Below the pieces are notes generated by a model. That model was given only the letters and a program-made list of their open reading frames with translations, did no database searches and was not told where the DNA came from. DNA of 42,745 nt from a virus (taxonomy: Duplodnaviria; Caudoviricetes): positions 1 through 42,745 of IMG/VR virus record IMGVR_UViG_3300037479_000410, one strand, 5' to 3'. Shown here piece by piece: positions 34,088 to 42,745 of the stretch. The position numbers and the translations under genes are program-made. Position 1 is the stretch's first letter. Every line of letters begins with the position of its first letter.

Positions 34088-35335
34088 ATGCTGTCCGGTC
34101 AGCCATTCGCCGACGCCACCGCCCGACGCGGGATGGACCCGAGCCAGCCGACCGGGCTCTCCACCGGACTCGCGGGGGATCCAGGGTTGGAGCCGCCCCA
34201 GCACCAGCCGATGAAGCTCGGGGAGATCGGCGCCCTCACCGACGAGCTGATGGCCGCCATGCCCGAGCTGCAGGCACTCGAAGGGAACGAGACGGCCTTC
34301 GACGTGGGGCCGCTCACGCTCGACCAGAAGCTCGGCCTGATGGGCGTCGCGATGACAAATCCCGACGGGGCGATCCAGCTCATGCGGTCGATCCAGGACA
34401 GTCGGCTCCGCCGACGCACCGCCCGAGCGCAGGCGCGGCTGAAGCTTCTGAACGCCGTGGTCGGCTTCAAGGACGCCGAGTCCAAGATGGCCCTCGCCTT
34501 CTTCGACGCGAACATGCGGGCGAACCGCGAGAGGCGGGAGACCTTGGCGAACGAAGCCACCATGCAGCTTATGCAGGCGCAGACGGAGCTGGCCCACGCC
34601 AACACCGCCCTGGCAAAGAAGAAGGCCGCCGAGGAGCCCGCGGTGCCCGCGGTGAATCTCGTCCTGGATCGCCTCCGCTCGCGTCTCACTCCGAGCCCGC
34701 CGCCCGCCGCGCCCGCCGGAGTCGGCTTCCCTTCACCGCTCTCGGCCCATGCGGAGGGCGAGCCGCTGAACCGTCGGGTGGCCGGGCCGACCGCCCCGGC
34801 GACGCTCGCCGAGCAGCTCGGCCTCAGCATCGGGGAGAAGCTCACCATCGGGGGGGAAGGCTTGAGCCTCAGCCTGAGCGGCCCGGAAGCCCCCTCGGCC
34901 GGCGAGCGTCAAGCGCTTGCGGAAGGGCAGGCGGCGCTCGACCTGCTCGAGTCCGTGCGCTTCCTCGCCAGCCCCGAGGCGGGGGGCAATATCATCGGGC
35001 CGATCTCGGGCAGGGTGGCGAGGGGTCGCGCGCGCACGGTCGGGCTACCAGCGGGCGAGGGCGATCTCTACGCCGCCGTCGAAGCCCTCCGCAACCAGGT
35101 CATCCGCAACATCTCCGGGGCGCAGCTGAGCGAGCAGGAGGCGAAGCGGATCGAGCGGCAGCTCCCGGACATTGGGCTCCCGTACGCGACCTTTGTCGCG
35201 CGCCTCCTCGCCACCCGCGACAACATCGGCTTCCTCCAGCAGCGGCGGGCCGAGGTGCTCCGGGGGAGCGGTGTGCAGGTGCCGACCATGGCCGCGCCCA
35301 CCGCCCCGCGTCGGCTCCTCGAGCTCTTCCGGTAA
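34088..35335 (+). CDS. Putative internal virion/DNA ejection protein 2
   Basis: C-terminal RNISGAQLSEQEAKRIERQLP motif. Confidence 0.65.
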   Translation: MLSGQPFADATARRGMDPSQPTGLSTGLAGDPGLEPPQHQPMKLGEIGALTDELMAAMPELQALEGNETAFDVGPLTLDQKLGLMGVAMTNPDGAIQLMRSIQDSRLRRRTARAQARLKLLNAVVGFKDAESKMALAFFDANMRANRERRETLANEATMQLMQAQTELAHANTALAKKKAAEEPAVPAVNLVLDRLRSRLTPSPPPAAPAGVGFPSPLSAHAEGEPLNRRVAGPTAPATLAEQLGLSIGEKLTIGGEGLSLSLSGPEAPSAGERQALAEGQAALDLLESVRFLASPEAGGNIIGPISGRVARGRARTVGLPAGEGDLYAAVEALRNQVIRNISGAQLSEQEAKRIERQLPDIGLPYATFVARLLATRDNIGFLQQRRAEVLRGSGVQVPTMAAPTAPRRLLELFR

Positions 35336-35336
35336 G

Positions 35337-37085
35337 ATGCCGCTCGACGACGACCGCATCGCCGCGGAACTCGGTCGGCCGCTCTCGCCCGAGGATCGGG
35401 CGTTCCTGATCCCGCTGGAGTTCGATATTCCCCCCAGCAGCGCGACCGCCCGGCGGTACGGCGTCACCGTTTCCCGCTCCCGGACGACGACCCTCGGGGA
35501 GACGCTCGGCGCGACCGTCGGCGGCATCCCACCGGGGCCCCTCGGGGTGGCGGGCGCGGGGGTCGGCGCGGTTGTCGGGCGGAGCGTCGAGCGGGCCGCC
35601 CGCGGGCAGCCGGTCGACCTCTCCGGAGCGTCCGGAGCCTTTGCCCGAGGAGTGACGGGGGAGCTGATCGGCCGCGGCGTTGTCAAGGGGGTCGGCTTCC
35701 TCGGCTCGCTCTTCACCCGGAGCATGCCGCGGGCGGCGGCGCGGGAGGTTCTGGAGGCCGGAGAGGCCGCGGGCGTTCCTCTCACGGCCGGGGAGTTCAG
35801 CAGCGGCGCCGCGCGGCTCCAAGCTGGTATCGCCCGGACCCCGACCGGGGCGCAGGCCATCGAGCAGCTCGACCGCGTGCAGAACGAGCGCCTGTCCACC
35901 TTCCTCGAGGGCCAGGTGGATCGGCTCTTCGGGGGACGGGTCGCAGCCCCGGAAGCCGGCCAGATGGTGCGGGGCGAGGCCCTGCCGGCTCTCCGCCGTC
36001 TCAAGGCGCAGTCCCGCGCGCTCTACGGTGCCGTCGCCCGGCAGGCGGATCAGGCCGGCACCATGGTGCAGCTTCCGCAGTCAATCATCGAGGAGCTGTC
36101 GACCCTCGAGGCCCTCGGGGTCGCGGGCAAGCATGCCGCCCGGGTGCGTGAGCTGCTCCCGATCCGTCCCCTTGGGGAAACCCCGATCCCGCCCGCCACA
36201 CCGCTCCGCTACGGGCAGGCGGAAGAGATCCTCCGGCTCGTCCGCGAGGCCGCCCCGCCGTTCCGGCTCCGCGGGCAGGCGACCAACCTCCCCGCGGGCA
36301 CGCTCGACGGCCTCGTGGCGCAGCTCGACGGGCTCTTGGATGATGCCGTCGCGGGCACGGCGGGTGAGCGGCTCCGGCAGGCGGCCAAGGGGTTCTACGC
36401 CGAAGAGCTCGCGCCCTTCCGGGAGATCGTGCATCAGGTGCGGAGCAAGAGCGTGCAGGTGGCCCCCGAGAAGGCCCTGGACGTGCTCGTGCAGGCCGGC
36501 CGGCCGTCCATCCTCGCGCACACCTTCCGCCACCTTCCCGGACCGATTGCGGACTCCCTCCGCGCCGGATGGTTCACGCGCCAGCTGGAGCGCGCCGTTG
36601 ATTCGCAGACGGGGGTGTTCAGCCCCGCGAAGTTCCTGCGTCACTGGTCGGCGCTCGACGGCGGCACGCGGAAGCTTCTCGCCGGGCAGGGGGCGGACGA
36701 GATCGACCGCACAGTTCTTCTCCTCCGGGCCGTGGCCGAGCGGCAGAGCGCCACGGGCAATCCGAGCCGCACGGCCTTCGGCCTCGGGGCGATCGCCCAG
36801 GTCGGGAGCGCCGGCGCCTCGCTCCTCTCCGGAGACGTGCTGACCGCCGTCGGGGTGATTGGCGGGCCTCCGGCGCTGGCGGCGATCCTGGCGTCGCCCC
36901 CGGCCCGGCGGCTCTTCGCCGTCGGCTTGATGGCGGGTCCGGGCTCCTCGACCCACCGGGCGGCCATGGCCGCGATGGGCCGGCACCTCACACGCTTCGG
37001 CGCACAGGCGGGCGTGCAGGCGGTGGGGCAGCCGCCCGAGTTCCCCCCAGGCATGACGCCCGCCGAGCAGCTGAGTGCCCCGTGA
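35337..37085 (+). CDS. Putative internal virion/DNA ejection protein 3 (P22 gp16-like)
   Basis: GVPLTAGE, FSPAKF, NPSRTA motifs; hydrophobic Gly/Ala segments. Confidence 0.7.
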   Translation: MPLDDDRIAAELGRPLSPEDRAFLIPLEFDIPPSSATARRYGVTVSRSRTTTLGETLGATVGGIPPGPLGVAGAGVGAVVGRSVERAARGQPVDLSGASGAFARGVTGELIGRGVVKGVGFLGSLFTRSMPRAAAREVLEAGEAAGVPLTAGEFSSGAARLQAGIARTPTGAQAIEQLDRVQNERLSTFLEGQVDRLFGGRVAAPEAGQMVRGEALPALRRLKAQSRALYGAVARQADQAGTMVQLPQSIIEELSTLEALGVAGKHAARVRELLPIRPLGETPIPPATPLRYGQAEEILRLVREAAPPFRLRGQATNLPAGTLDGLVAQLDGLLDDAVAGTAGERLRQAAKGFYAEELAPFREIVHQVRSKSVQVAPEKALDVLVQAGRPSILAHTFRHLPGPIADSLRAGWFTRQLERAVDSQTGVFSPAKFLRHWSALDGGTRKLLAGQGADEIDRTVLLLRAVAERQSATGNPSRTAFGLGAIAQVGSAGASLLSGDVLTAVGVIGGPPALAAILASPPARRLFAVGLMAGPGSSTHRAAMAAMGRHLTRFGAQAGVQAVGQPPEFPPGMTPAEQLSAP

Positions 37086-37228
37086 CTTGGGCCGAGCTCG
37101 ACCGCTACAGCCCGCGGCTCGCCACCCTGCGCCGAGTCCTGAGCCAGCTCCGCTGCTGCCTCCTCACGAGCCTCTGGGGCGCCGTGGGGGGCACGCTCGC
37201 GGCCTTCCTCCTCTGGGCTACGACATGA
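37082..37228 (+). CDS. Small single-TM protein
   Basis: Manual translation MTWAELDRY...LLTSLWGAVGGTLAAFLLWATT; coupled at both ends. Confidence 0.5.
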   Translation: MTWAELDRYSPRLATLRRVLSQLRCCLLTSLWGAVGGTLAAFLLWATT

Positions 37229-37344
37229 GCCACCGGGCGAGAGACCAGAGAAGGAGAGCCGCCGCCCCGCCCGCCGCCCCCGCGAGGAGGAGTTGGCGCC
37301 GTCGCATCCGCCTCGCCTACCACGGCCGTCAAGGGGAGACGTGA

Positions 37345-37761
37345 GTGCCGCGGCTCGTGCCTGACGAGACTTGGGCCGTGCTCACCATCTGGCAAGAGGC
37401 CCGTGGGGAAGCGGCCGAGGGCCGGGTGGCGGTCGCGGAGGTGATCCGAAACCGCATGCGCAGGCAGTACCAGAGCGACGGGACGGTCGTCGGCACGGTC
37501 CTGCGGCCGTACCAGTTCTCAGGCTGGAACACCCGGGACGTGAACCGCCGCCTCTCGGCCGTCCTCCACGACGACGACCCGAGCGTCATCGCCTGCCGGG
37601 ATGCGTGGCACTTGGCTCTGGAAGGCTCGGAGATAACGAACGGCGCCGTCCTCTACTGCAATCCCAAGGTGATCGCCGAGCTGCCGCTGTGGGTGGCGGC
37701 CTCCCGGGAGGTCGCCGTGATCGGCCGCCATCACTTCTACGTGCCGGGCGAATGGGCATGA
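37345..37761 (+). CDS. Endolysin, SleB/Hydrolase_2 cell-wall hydrolase family
   Basis: TIWQEARGE...AVAEVIRNR, PYQFS, TNGAVLY, IGRHHFY. Confidence 0.9.
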   Translation: MPRLVPDETWAVLTIWQEARGEAAEGRVAVAEVIRNRMRRQYQSDGTVVGTVLRPYQFSGWNTRDVNRRLSAVLHDDDPSVIACRDAWHLALEGSEITNGAVLYCNPKVIAELPLWVAASREVAVIGRHHFYVPGEWA

Positions 37762-38030
37762 CCGTCACGGACCTCCTCCTCCCGATCATCACTGGCCTCC
37801 TCGGCATCATCGCGACCATCCTCTGCTACGGGGTCCGGCTCTTCTACGACACATTGCAGGAGATCCTCCAGGAGGTGAACGGCCACCGGGACCGGCTCGT
37901 GGCTTTGGAGACCTGGGAGCGGGAGCACAAGGAGGAGATGACGATCCAGCGCCAGCAGTGGCGGGAGGAGGCAGATCGAGTATGGGCGGTGATCGACCGA
38001 CTGCGGGCGAACGGCCCGACGGCGCGATGA
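37758..38030 (+). CDS. N-terminal TM + coiled-coil protein (holin-like)
   Basis: LLLPIITGLLGIIATILCYGV; ATGA coupled to the endolysin. Confidence 0.6.
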   Translation: MTVTDLLLPIITGLLGIIATILCYGVRLFYDTLQEILQEVNGHRDRLVALETWEREHKEEMTIQRQQWREEADRVWAVIDRLRANGPTAR

Positions 38031-38446
38031 ACGCAAACAACGGCAGCCTCAAGACGGCCGGGTTGCTGGCGGCGGTCCTGGCCGCCGTCGTGACGCCGCT
38101 CTGGACCATGATCTCCTACCAGGGCAGCCGGACGGCCGAGCTGGAGCGCCTGATCCAGAAGCACCTCACACGCCCGCACGCGGCGCACGCGGAGATGGGC
38201 GTGCTCGACGAGCGTCTCACCACGCTCCGGCGCCAGCACGAGGATTTCGTCCGCGCGCTCGACCATCGGCTGAACGAGCTGGACACGAAGCTCCAGATCG
38301 AGATCCGGGCGCAAGCCGCAGTGAAAGAGGACACGCTCCGCATGACGGACGAGAAGCTCCGCATCGCCACCCAGGAGCGCGAGGTGCTCCGCATGCGCGT
38401 CCGGGATGTCGAGCTGGCGCTGGCGGCGATCAAGGGAAAGCCGTGA
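38027..38446 (+). CDS. N-terminal TM + coiled-coil protein (i-spanin candidate)
   Basis: GLLAAVLAAVVTPLW followed by long heptads. Confidence 0.55.
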   Translation: MNANNGSLKTAGLLAAVLAAVVTPLWTMISYQGSRTAELERLIQKHLTRPHAAHAEMGVLDERLTTLRRQHEDFVRALDHRLNELDTKLQIEIRAQAAVKEDTLRMTDEKLRIATQEREVLRMRVRDVELALAAIKGKP

Positions 38447-38556
38447 GCACGCTCCGGTACATCCGGGAGGAGCTGCAGCAGCCGACAGTCACGGGATTCG
38501 TCGCCCGGCTCGTGAAGGCGATCCGCTGGGCGCTCAGACGACGGAAGGAGACGAGG

Positions 38557-38832
38557 ATGAAGAAGCTCGGAGTGGTGATGCTGGCCCTGTGGCTCGCGGG
38601 GTGCGGGGCCGGGCTCAAGGCGAAGGTCGAGCCGGCGTTTGCGGTCTACGGGGCGCGCGGGACGGAGGTCGGGGTCGCGGTCGGGGTGAGCGACATGGCC
38701 GAGCGGCCCGTCGGCGGGGTCGAGGCGGCGGCGTACGCCTACCCGGGGGCGGCCCTCAACGTGCTCTTTGGGTGGCTGGCGGGCCTCTTCGGGAAGGCGC
38801 GGGCCGCGACCACGACGGCCACGGGATCGTAA
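38557..38832 (+). CDS. Lipoprotein (o-spanin candidate)
   Basis: AAGGAG SD; MKKLGVVMLALWLAGC lipobox; in-frame upstream GTG at 38443. Confidence 0.65.
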   Translation: MKKLGVVMLALWLAGCGAGLKAKVEPAFAVYGARGTEVGVAVGVSDMAERPVGGVEAAAYAYPGAALNVLFGWLAGLFGKARAATTTATGS

Positions 38833-38833
38833 G

Positions 38834-39082
38834 ATGCGCCGAGAGAAGTACGTCAAGGTGGGCTTCCAATGGCTCCGCCAGATGCTGACGGGTAGCCACC
38901 ATCCCGTCGCGCTCCCCGTCACCAGCGACGCACCGGCGGACCTTCGCGTGGTGTGGGTGGACGCACACCCCGACCATTACGCCCGCGTCTATGTCACATC
39001 CGAGACGTTCCCCGAATTGGCGGATGACGAAGCCCCGCCTGAGCTGATCGTAACGATGACGGCGCACGCACCGGGCACGTGA
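38834..39082 (+). CDS. Hypothetical protein
   Basis: MRREKYVKV...VYVTSETFPEL. Confidence 0.6.
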   Translation: MRREKYVKVGFQWLRQMLTGSHHPVALPVTSDAPADLRVVWVDAHPDHYARVYVTSETFPELADDEAPPELIVTMTAHAPGT

Positions 39083-39309
39083 CCGTGTTGCAGCGGCTCA
39101 AAATCGGGTTCCTAATCGGGAGGGCAGAAGCGATGATTCCGAAGGGCTACATGACCAAGATCGGGGCGGCGGGGCTGGCACTCGGGATTTTCGGCTCGCT
39201 GCTCACCGACTTCGCCAACGGACAGCTCACGGCCGAGACGCTCATGGAGCAGTGGAAAGCCCTGAGCGTTGTGCTGATCGGCCTTGGCCTGCGGCGGGCG
39301 ATCGGGTGA
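39079..39309 (+). CDS. Two-TM holin-like protein
   Basis: KGYMTKIGAAGLAL...LIGLGLRRAI. Confidence 0.65.
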   Translation: MTVLQRLKIGFLIGRAEAMIPKGYMTKIGAAGLALGIFGSLLTDFANGQLTAETLMEQWKALSVVLIGLGLRRAIG

Positions 39310-39394
39310 GACGGAAGACCATCGCCATCCCGACCCGGGCGTGCGTCGGCGAATCTCTGGGAATGGATTGCCGTAAAGAGTAAGGCATCGCCCC

Positions 39395-39718
39395 ATGGGT
39401 AAGCAGCGCGTGGCGGGACAGCCAACGACCCCCGAGAAGTTTGCGGAGACAACCCCTCCGGCTACCACTGGCGCGGACTACACTCAGTTCCCGCTTACGA
39501 CAGTCATGCAACTCCAAGGCACCGTGGGTGGGTTGACGAAAGCGGTTGAGACTCTCGCCAAGTGCTCCGACGACCAAGGGAAGAAGATCGATCACCTTAG
39601 TCACGTCATCTATGCCGCTGGCGCCGTCGTGACGATCCTCACGGCGGCTGCGGTCTTCATCCTCAACAAACTCTCCGACGTACTCGTCGAGGCCTTTAAG
39701 AGGGGACTCGGGCACTAA
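39395..39718 (+). CDS. Coiled-coil + C-terminal TM protein
   Basis: IYAAGAVVTILTAAAVFIL; lower GC than flanks. Confidence 0.65.
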   Translation: MGKQRVAGQPTTPEKFAETTPPATTGADYTQFPLTTVMQLQGTVGGLTKAVETLAKCSDDQGKKIDHLSHVIYAAGAVVTILTAAAVFILNKLSDVLVEAFKRGLGH

Positions 39719-39734
39719 AGCCTCGCGCAAGCCA

Positions 39735-40664
39735 TCACGGGGCGGCCGGTGGTCCAGACGCCAAGTCATTCATGAACTCCCGAACGTGATCCATGATGAA
39801 CCGGGCCTTGGCATCGCCGTAGAACTTCTTCCCGTGCGAGACGTGATTCCGCCACGCATCTTTGATCGCCCGGAAGTGCACTGAGGCGTTGCCGAAGTAC
39901 TCTAGCTCCGCTGCGCGTTGTGGCGTCTTCGGCTGCTGTTCTAGCGCCTTTAGATGCTTGTCGGCCGCATTGAGAATGTCCTGAATGTTGGCCTCGGTGA
40001 CCGGGACGGTAAGAGGCGCTCCGATCATGCCGACCCACTGGCGGAGCGCCGCCTCAACGGCTCGCATGAGGTGAAAGACGCACGCGGTATTGCGTCCGGC
40101 GGTATAGCAGTTGCCGGCCTCCTCAATGTCGTCTGCCGCGTCGGGAAAAACTCTCGCCACGTCCGGGCCGAAGAGTTCAGGCTTTTCCCAATAGTCCTCC
40201 TTCCCTGCGTCGACGATCATGCATAGGCATGAGTTATAGATTTCGGTGATCATTGTTTGCGCGAGATGCCGCAGTTGGCCACCGATTTCCGATGGCGTCT
40301 TAATGTGCTCCTCGTTGATGGCGTGAACCAAAAGCTGGAATTCGGTTTTGGAGTTCTTCAATCGGGCCTCATCGATGGCCACGCTCATCTCATCGAGCAC
40401 GCGGTTTAGGTGGTCACGCGAGAGTTCTCCCTCGCCATAGCCGCGAGCCATGTCTACCTGCGCGTGGATGGAGATTGAGTTCGCGATGGCCGTGGCGATT
40501 CTCTGAGGCTGAAAGCGCTTCACGAGATCGTCCACGTGGACGAGGGTGCCGGGACGTAGCCTCGGATCGGAGGACCATTGCGGAGGGGGGAACGCCGATG
40601 GGTCGGTCATCCACCGCTTAACGACTCTGCCGCCATAGGCCCTCCCTGGTGAGGTGCTCATCAT
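39735..40664 (-). CDS. HEPN-domain protein (putative RNase toxin/defence)
   Basis: DIEEAGNCY...TACVFHLMRAVE and WRNHVSH (Rx4H); start 40664 or 40610. Confidence 0.75.
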   Translation of the reverse strand: MMSTSPGRAYGGRVVKRWMTDPSAFPPPQWSSDPRLRPGTLVHVDDLVKRFQPQRIATAIANSISIHAQVDMARGYGEGELSRDHLNRVLDEMSVAIDEARLKNSKTEFQLLVHAINEEHIKTPSEIGGQLRHLAQTMITEIYNSCLCMIVDAGKEDYWEKPELFGPDVARVFPDAADDIEEAGNCYTAGRNTACVFHLMRAVEAALRQWVGMIGAPLTVPVTEANIQDILNAADKHLKALEQQPKTPQRAAELEYFGNASVHFRAIKDAWRNHVSHGKKFYGDAKARFIMDHVREFMNDLASGPPAAP

Positions 40665-40668
40665 CGCC

Positions 40669-40884
40669 TCACGCGGATGATGTCCGGCTCTCCGACGTGC
40701 TCTGCGACCGGCCAGCACTCCACGACCACGCCCGCTCCCGCGACCGCGACCACGACCGCGACCACGACCACGACCACGACCGCGACCACGACCACGACCG
40801 CGACCACGGCTCCCGCGACCACGACCACGACCACGACCGCGACCCCGACGAATCAAACCCGCTGCGCGCGACGGTCGCGACCAT
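40669..40884 (-). CDS. Ser-Arg/Ser-Trp dipeptide-repeat peptide
   Basis: SRSWSWSWSR...; hexamer array TCG(C/T)GG; ATG 4 nt after the upstream stop. Confidence 0.6.
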   Translation of the reverse strand: MVATVARSGFDSSGSRSWSWSWSREPWSRSWSWSRSWSWSWSRSWSRSRERAWSWSAGRSQSTSESRTSSA

Positions 40885-40888
40885 GAGC

Positions 40889-41179
40889 CTACTTCGTCTC
40901 CCGCGGGAGCGGATGCGGCCACACGGTGGCGTCGATCAGCGCGCTCCGTCCGACCGCCACCAAGCTGGCGGCCGGGTACGGCTCCACTTCGGCGAGCGAG
41001 CCGGTCGCGAGCGCCATCGCATATCGGCCCGTGTCCGCGATCCACGCCGCGTCGGTCAGAATCAGCTCGTGGTCGTCAAGCGCGACGAGCCGCCCCGTCA
41101 GGTAGTGCGTCACGGTGCGGATGAAGTACGGCTCTCCGACCTGCCAGAACTCGCTCGCGCGCTTCTTCGTGTCTGCCAT
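40889..41179 (-). CDS. Conserved small beta-barrel (Sm/Hfq-like fold inferred)
   Basis: YFIRTVTHYLTGRLV...LILTDAAWIADTGR...EVEP; AGGAGG SD. Confidence 0.75.
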   Translation of the reverse strand: MADTKKRASEFWQVGEPYFIRTVTHYLTGRLVALDDHELILTDAAWIADTGRYAMALATGSLAEVEPYPAASLVAVGRSALIDATVWPHPLPRETK

Positions 41180-41213
41180 TCGTCCTCCTTGGTTTTCGGT
41201 TCGTTAGTGCTCG

Positions 41214-41426
41214 TTACCTCTTCCGATCCTCACCCGGCTCCCGCCGCTCTTTCCACGGCTCCAGGCTGACGGAGAGGAAGGCGACCTTCTTCCCCTGCTT
41301 CCGCCAGCCGACGAGCCGGATACGCTCCCCGCGGTACTTCGCCTCGCCGTGGAAGTCGGGGGCCGATGCCTTGGACTTCTCGCTCACGCGGAAGAGGATT
41401 CCGCTCCCGTCGCGCTGTTCTCCCAT
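41214..41426 (-). CDS. DUF736-like ssDNA-binding protein
   Basis: GILFR...KAPDF.G...GW.K......LSVSL pattern. Confidence 0.7.
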   Translation of the reverse strand: MGEQRDGSGILFRVSEKSKASAPDFHGEAKYRGERIRLVGWRKQGKKVAFLSVSLEPWKERREPGEDRKR

Positions 41427-41433
41427 TCTCCCA

Positions 41434-42294
41434 TCACTCCTCCTTCTCGACGCTGATCCGGAACGCCGCCGTGCCCTTCTTGCGATACTGATCGAGATTC
41501 ACGCCCCGCAGCTCGGGGATCGCGCGGTAGTCAACCCGCCCCTCCATGGTGTAGCGCGTGAGCGTGATGCCCCCGCCTGCCACGCGCACAGCCGGGCCAG
41601 CGAGCTGATCTAGGAGCTGCCGGGCCGCCTCTTTCTGCGCCGTGTGCTCGACCACCTTCGCCTCGGCCGCCCGGTAGAGCTCGGCGGCCTCCAGCCACTC
41701 CCGGTCCGTGCGCTCCATCACCTCTTGCTCCGTGAGCGGCGGGGGCGTGTTGCTCTCGACGTACCGCCAGAACCGCCGCTCCGCCTCCATGAGGTCCGCG
41801 ATGTACGCCGAGGCCGGGAACACCTCTAGGAGGACCGTCGGCTGCTGCGCCTCGGGGCAATAGGACCAGTAGTGCAGCACCTTCGCCTGCGTCACGGCCA
41901 GGATGTGCTGGCACTGCGGGACATAGTAGTCCGGCACTGTCCCCGCGACGGCACTCGCATGGCCGGCGAGCCCTGGGCACTTGACCTCGAGGACGCACGC
42001 CCCGTCCAGGGTGATGCCGTCGACGGAGCAGCGCATGACGGGCCAGGCGGGATGGGTGAACGTCCCCGGCTGCACGATGAGTTCCGTACGTGCTTCGTAG
42101 GCCCGCCGGGCGATTGGCTCCAGGTCCTTCCCCCGCTGCATCGCGGCCGTGACGAGGGGCTCGAGGCGCCCCGTCTTCTCGAGCCAGACCTGATGGGCCG
42201 TCTTCCAGGGCGAGACGCCGAGAATGGCGGCGGCATCTGAGCCGCCGATCCCGGCCCGCCGCCACGCGAGCCAGTCCTCTCCGTCCTGGATCAT
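41434..42294 (-). CDS. YqaJ/lambda-exonuclease family recombination nuclease
   Basis: WLAWRRAGIGGSDAAAILGVSPWKT, RGKDLEP, SVDG, LEVKCP, QCQH. Confidence 0.95.
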   Translation of the reverse strand: MIQDGEDWLAWRRAGIGGSDAAAILGVSPWKTAHQVWLEKTGRLEPLVTAAMQRGKDLEPIARRAYEARTELIVQPGTFTHPAWPVMRCSVDGITLDGACVLEVKCPGLAGHASAVAGTVPDYYVPQCQHILAVTQAKVLHYWSYCPEAQQPTVLLEVFPASAYIADLMEAERRFWRYVESNTPPPLTEQEVMERTDREWLEAAELYRAAEAKVVEHTAQKEAARQLLDQLAGPAVRVAGGGITLTRYTMEGRVDYRAIPELRGVNLDQYRKKGTAAFRISVEKEE

Positions 42295-42349
42295 GCCGTC
42301 TTCCTCCGCGCCTTCTTCGGTGGGCTCTGCTCCTTCATGTACCAGCTGG

Positions 42350-42404
42350 TCATGTGAGGGACGCTCCCTCCGTCTTCCCTTCCCGCCGTTCCTTCAGCGC
42401 CTTG
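42350..42404. repeat. 55-bp exact direct repeat, copy 2
   Basis: Identical to 157-211; encodes the ERF C-terminus KALKERREGKTEGASLT*. Confidence 0.95.
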
Positions 42405-42745
42405 ATGATGCGGTCGTAGTCCTTGGCGTAGATCTCTTCCAGCTTCTCGGCGTAGCCGATCCACGTCGTCAGCTGCTCGCGCGTGCGCCCGATCAGGGCG
42501 AGCTGCTTGTCGATCTCCTTGATCTGCGCCGCGGAGAGGAGGGCAAGATCGGCTCGTGCCGGCGGGGCCTCCACCGGCCGTCCCGTCCGGCCCATGGCGG
42601 TCTCGGCGTCGTCGTCCTCGGGAGCGATCCCCACCATGGCGCTGTAGTGGTAGCGGCGGAGGTACGTCGTGCCCGAGCCGATGGTCTGCGGATCGGCCGC
42701 GGGCAGCACGCACGCCATCGTCCCGGCGATCCACTCCCCGGAGGT
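42350..42745 (-). CDS. erf: ERF-family ssDNA annealing protein, 5'-truncated
   Basis: SGEWI...PQTIGSGTTYLRRY...GIAPEDDDA. Confidence 0.9.
   Translation of the reverse strand, partial: TSGEWIAGTMACVLPAADPQTIGSGTTYLRRYHYSAMVGIAPEDDDAETAMGRTGRPVEAPPARADLALLSAAQIKEIDKQLALIGRTREQLTTWIGYAEKLEEIYAKDYDRIIKALKERREGKTEGASLT

Noticed and set aside
6654-36986. Many long antisense or alternate-frame ORFs (e.g. 6654-8159+, 12124-14187-, 16646-18193-, 20974-23340-, 22970-25000-, 30152-32176-)
   Set aside because: Shadow ORFs expected at this GC content; R/G/A/P-rich with no motifs, and they overlap well-supported genes
39735-41045. 436-aa RG-repeat/HEPN fusion from the ORF track
   Set aside because: The 5' part overlaps the better-supported 40889-41179 gene; the HEPN gene more likely starts at 40664 or 40610
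157-42404. 55-bp repeat as attL/attR or terminal repeat
   Set aside because: Phage-type genes continue outside both copies, it lies in the erf coding end, and it is not at the window termini

Overview
Near-complete, very GC-rich, temperate tailed-phage genome with podovirus-like (P22/N4-type) architecture. It is truncated at both ends inside the same leftward recombination operon (ERF, YqaJ). Left to right: small leftward early genes, a divergent pair of HTH regulators, a compact tyrosine integrase, a DNA methyltransferase, a replication initiator with internal iterons, a resolvase, a leftward early cassette under a near-consensus sigma70 promoter, terminase, portal, scaffold, major capsid, adaptor, nozzle and ejection proteins, a SleB-type endolysin with membrane/lipoprotein genes, and a HEPN moron. 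The most striking feature is an ~8.5 kb block (20.6-29.1 kb) where the tail fibres should be. All five fibre/depolymerase-like genes there start with Sec-type signal peptides and have even Cys counts (24, 20, 4, 20, 4). No unsecreted fibre gene is visible in the window. This suggests receptor-binding appendages are exported, disulfide-folded in the periplasm and added to virions at or after lysis. Protein motifs suggest a Binatota/Deltaproteobacteria-like host (inference). All family assignments come from motif recognition by eye, not database searches.
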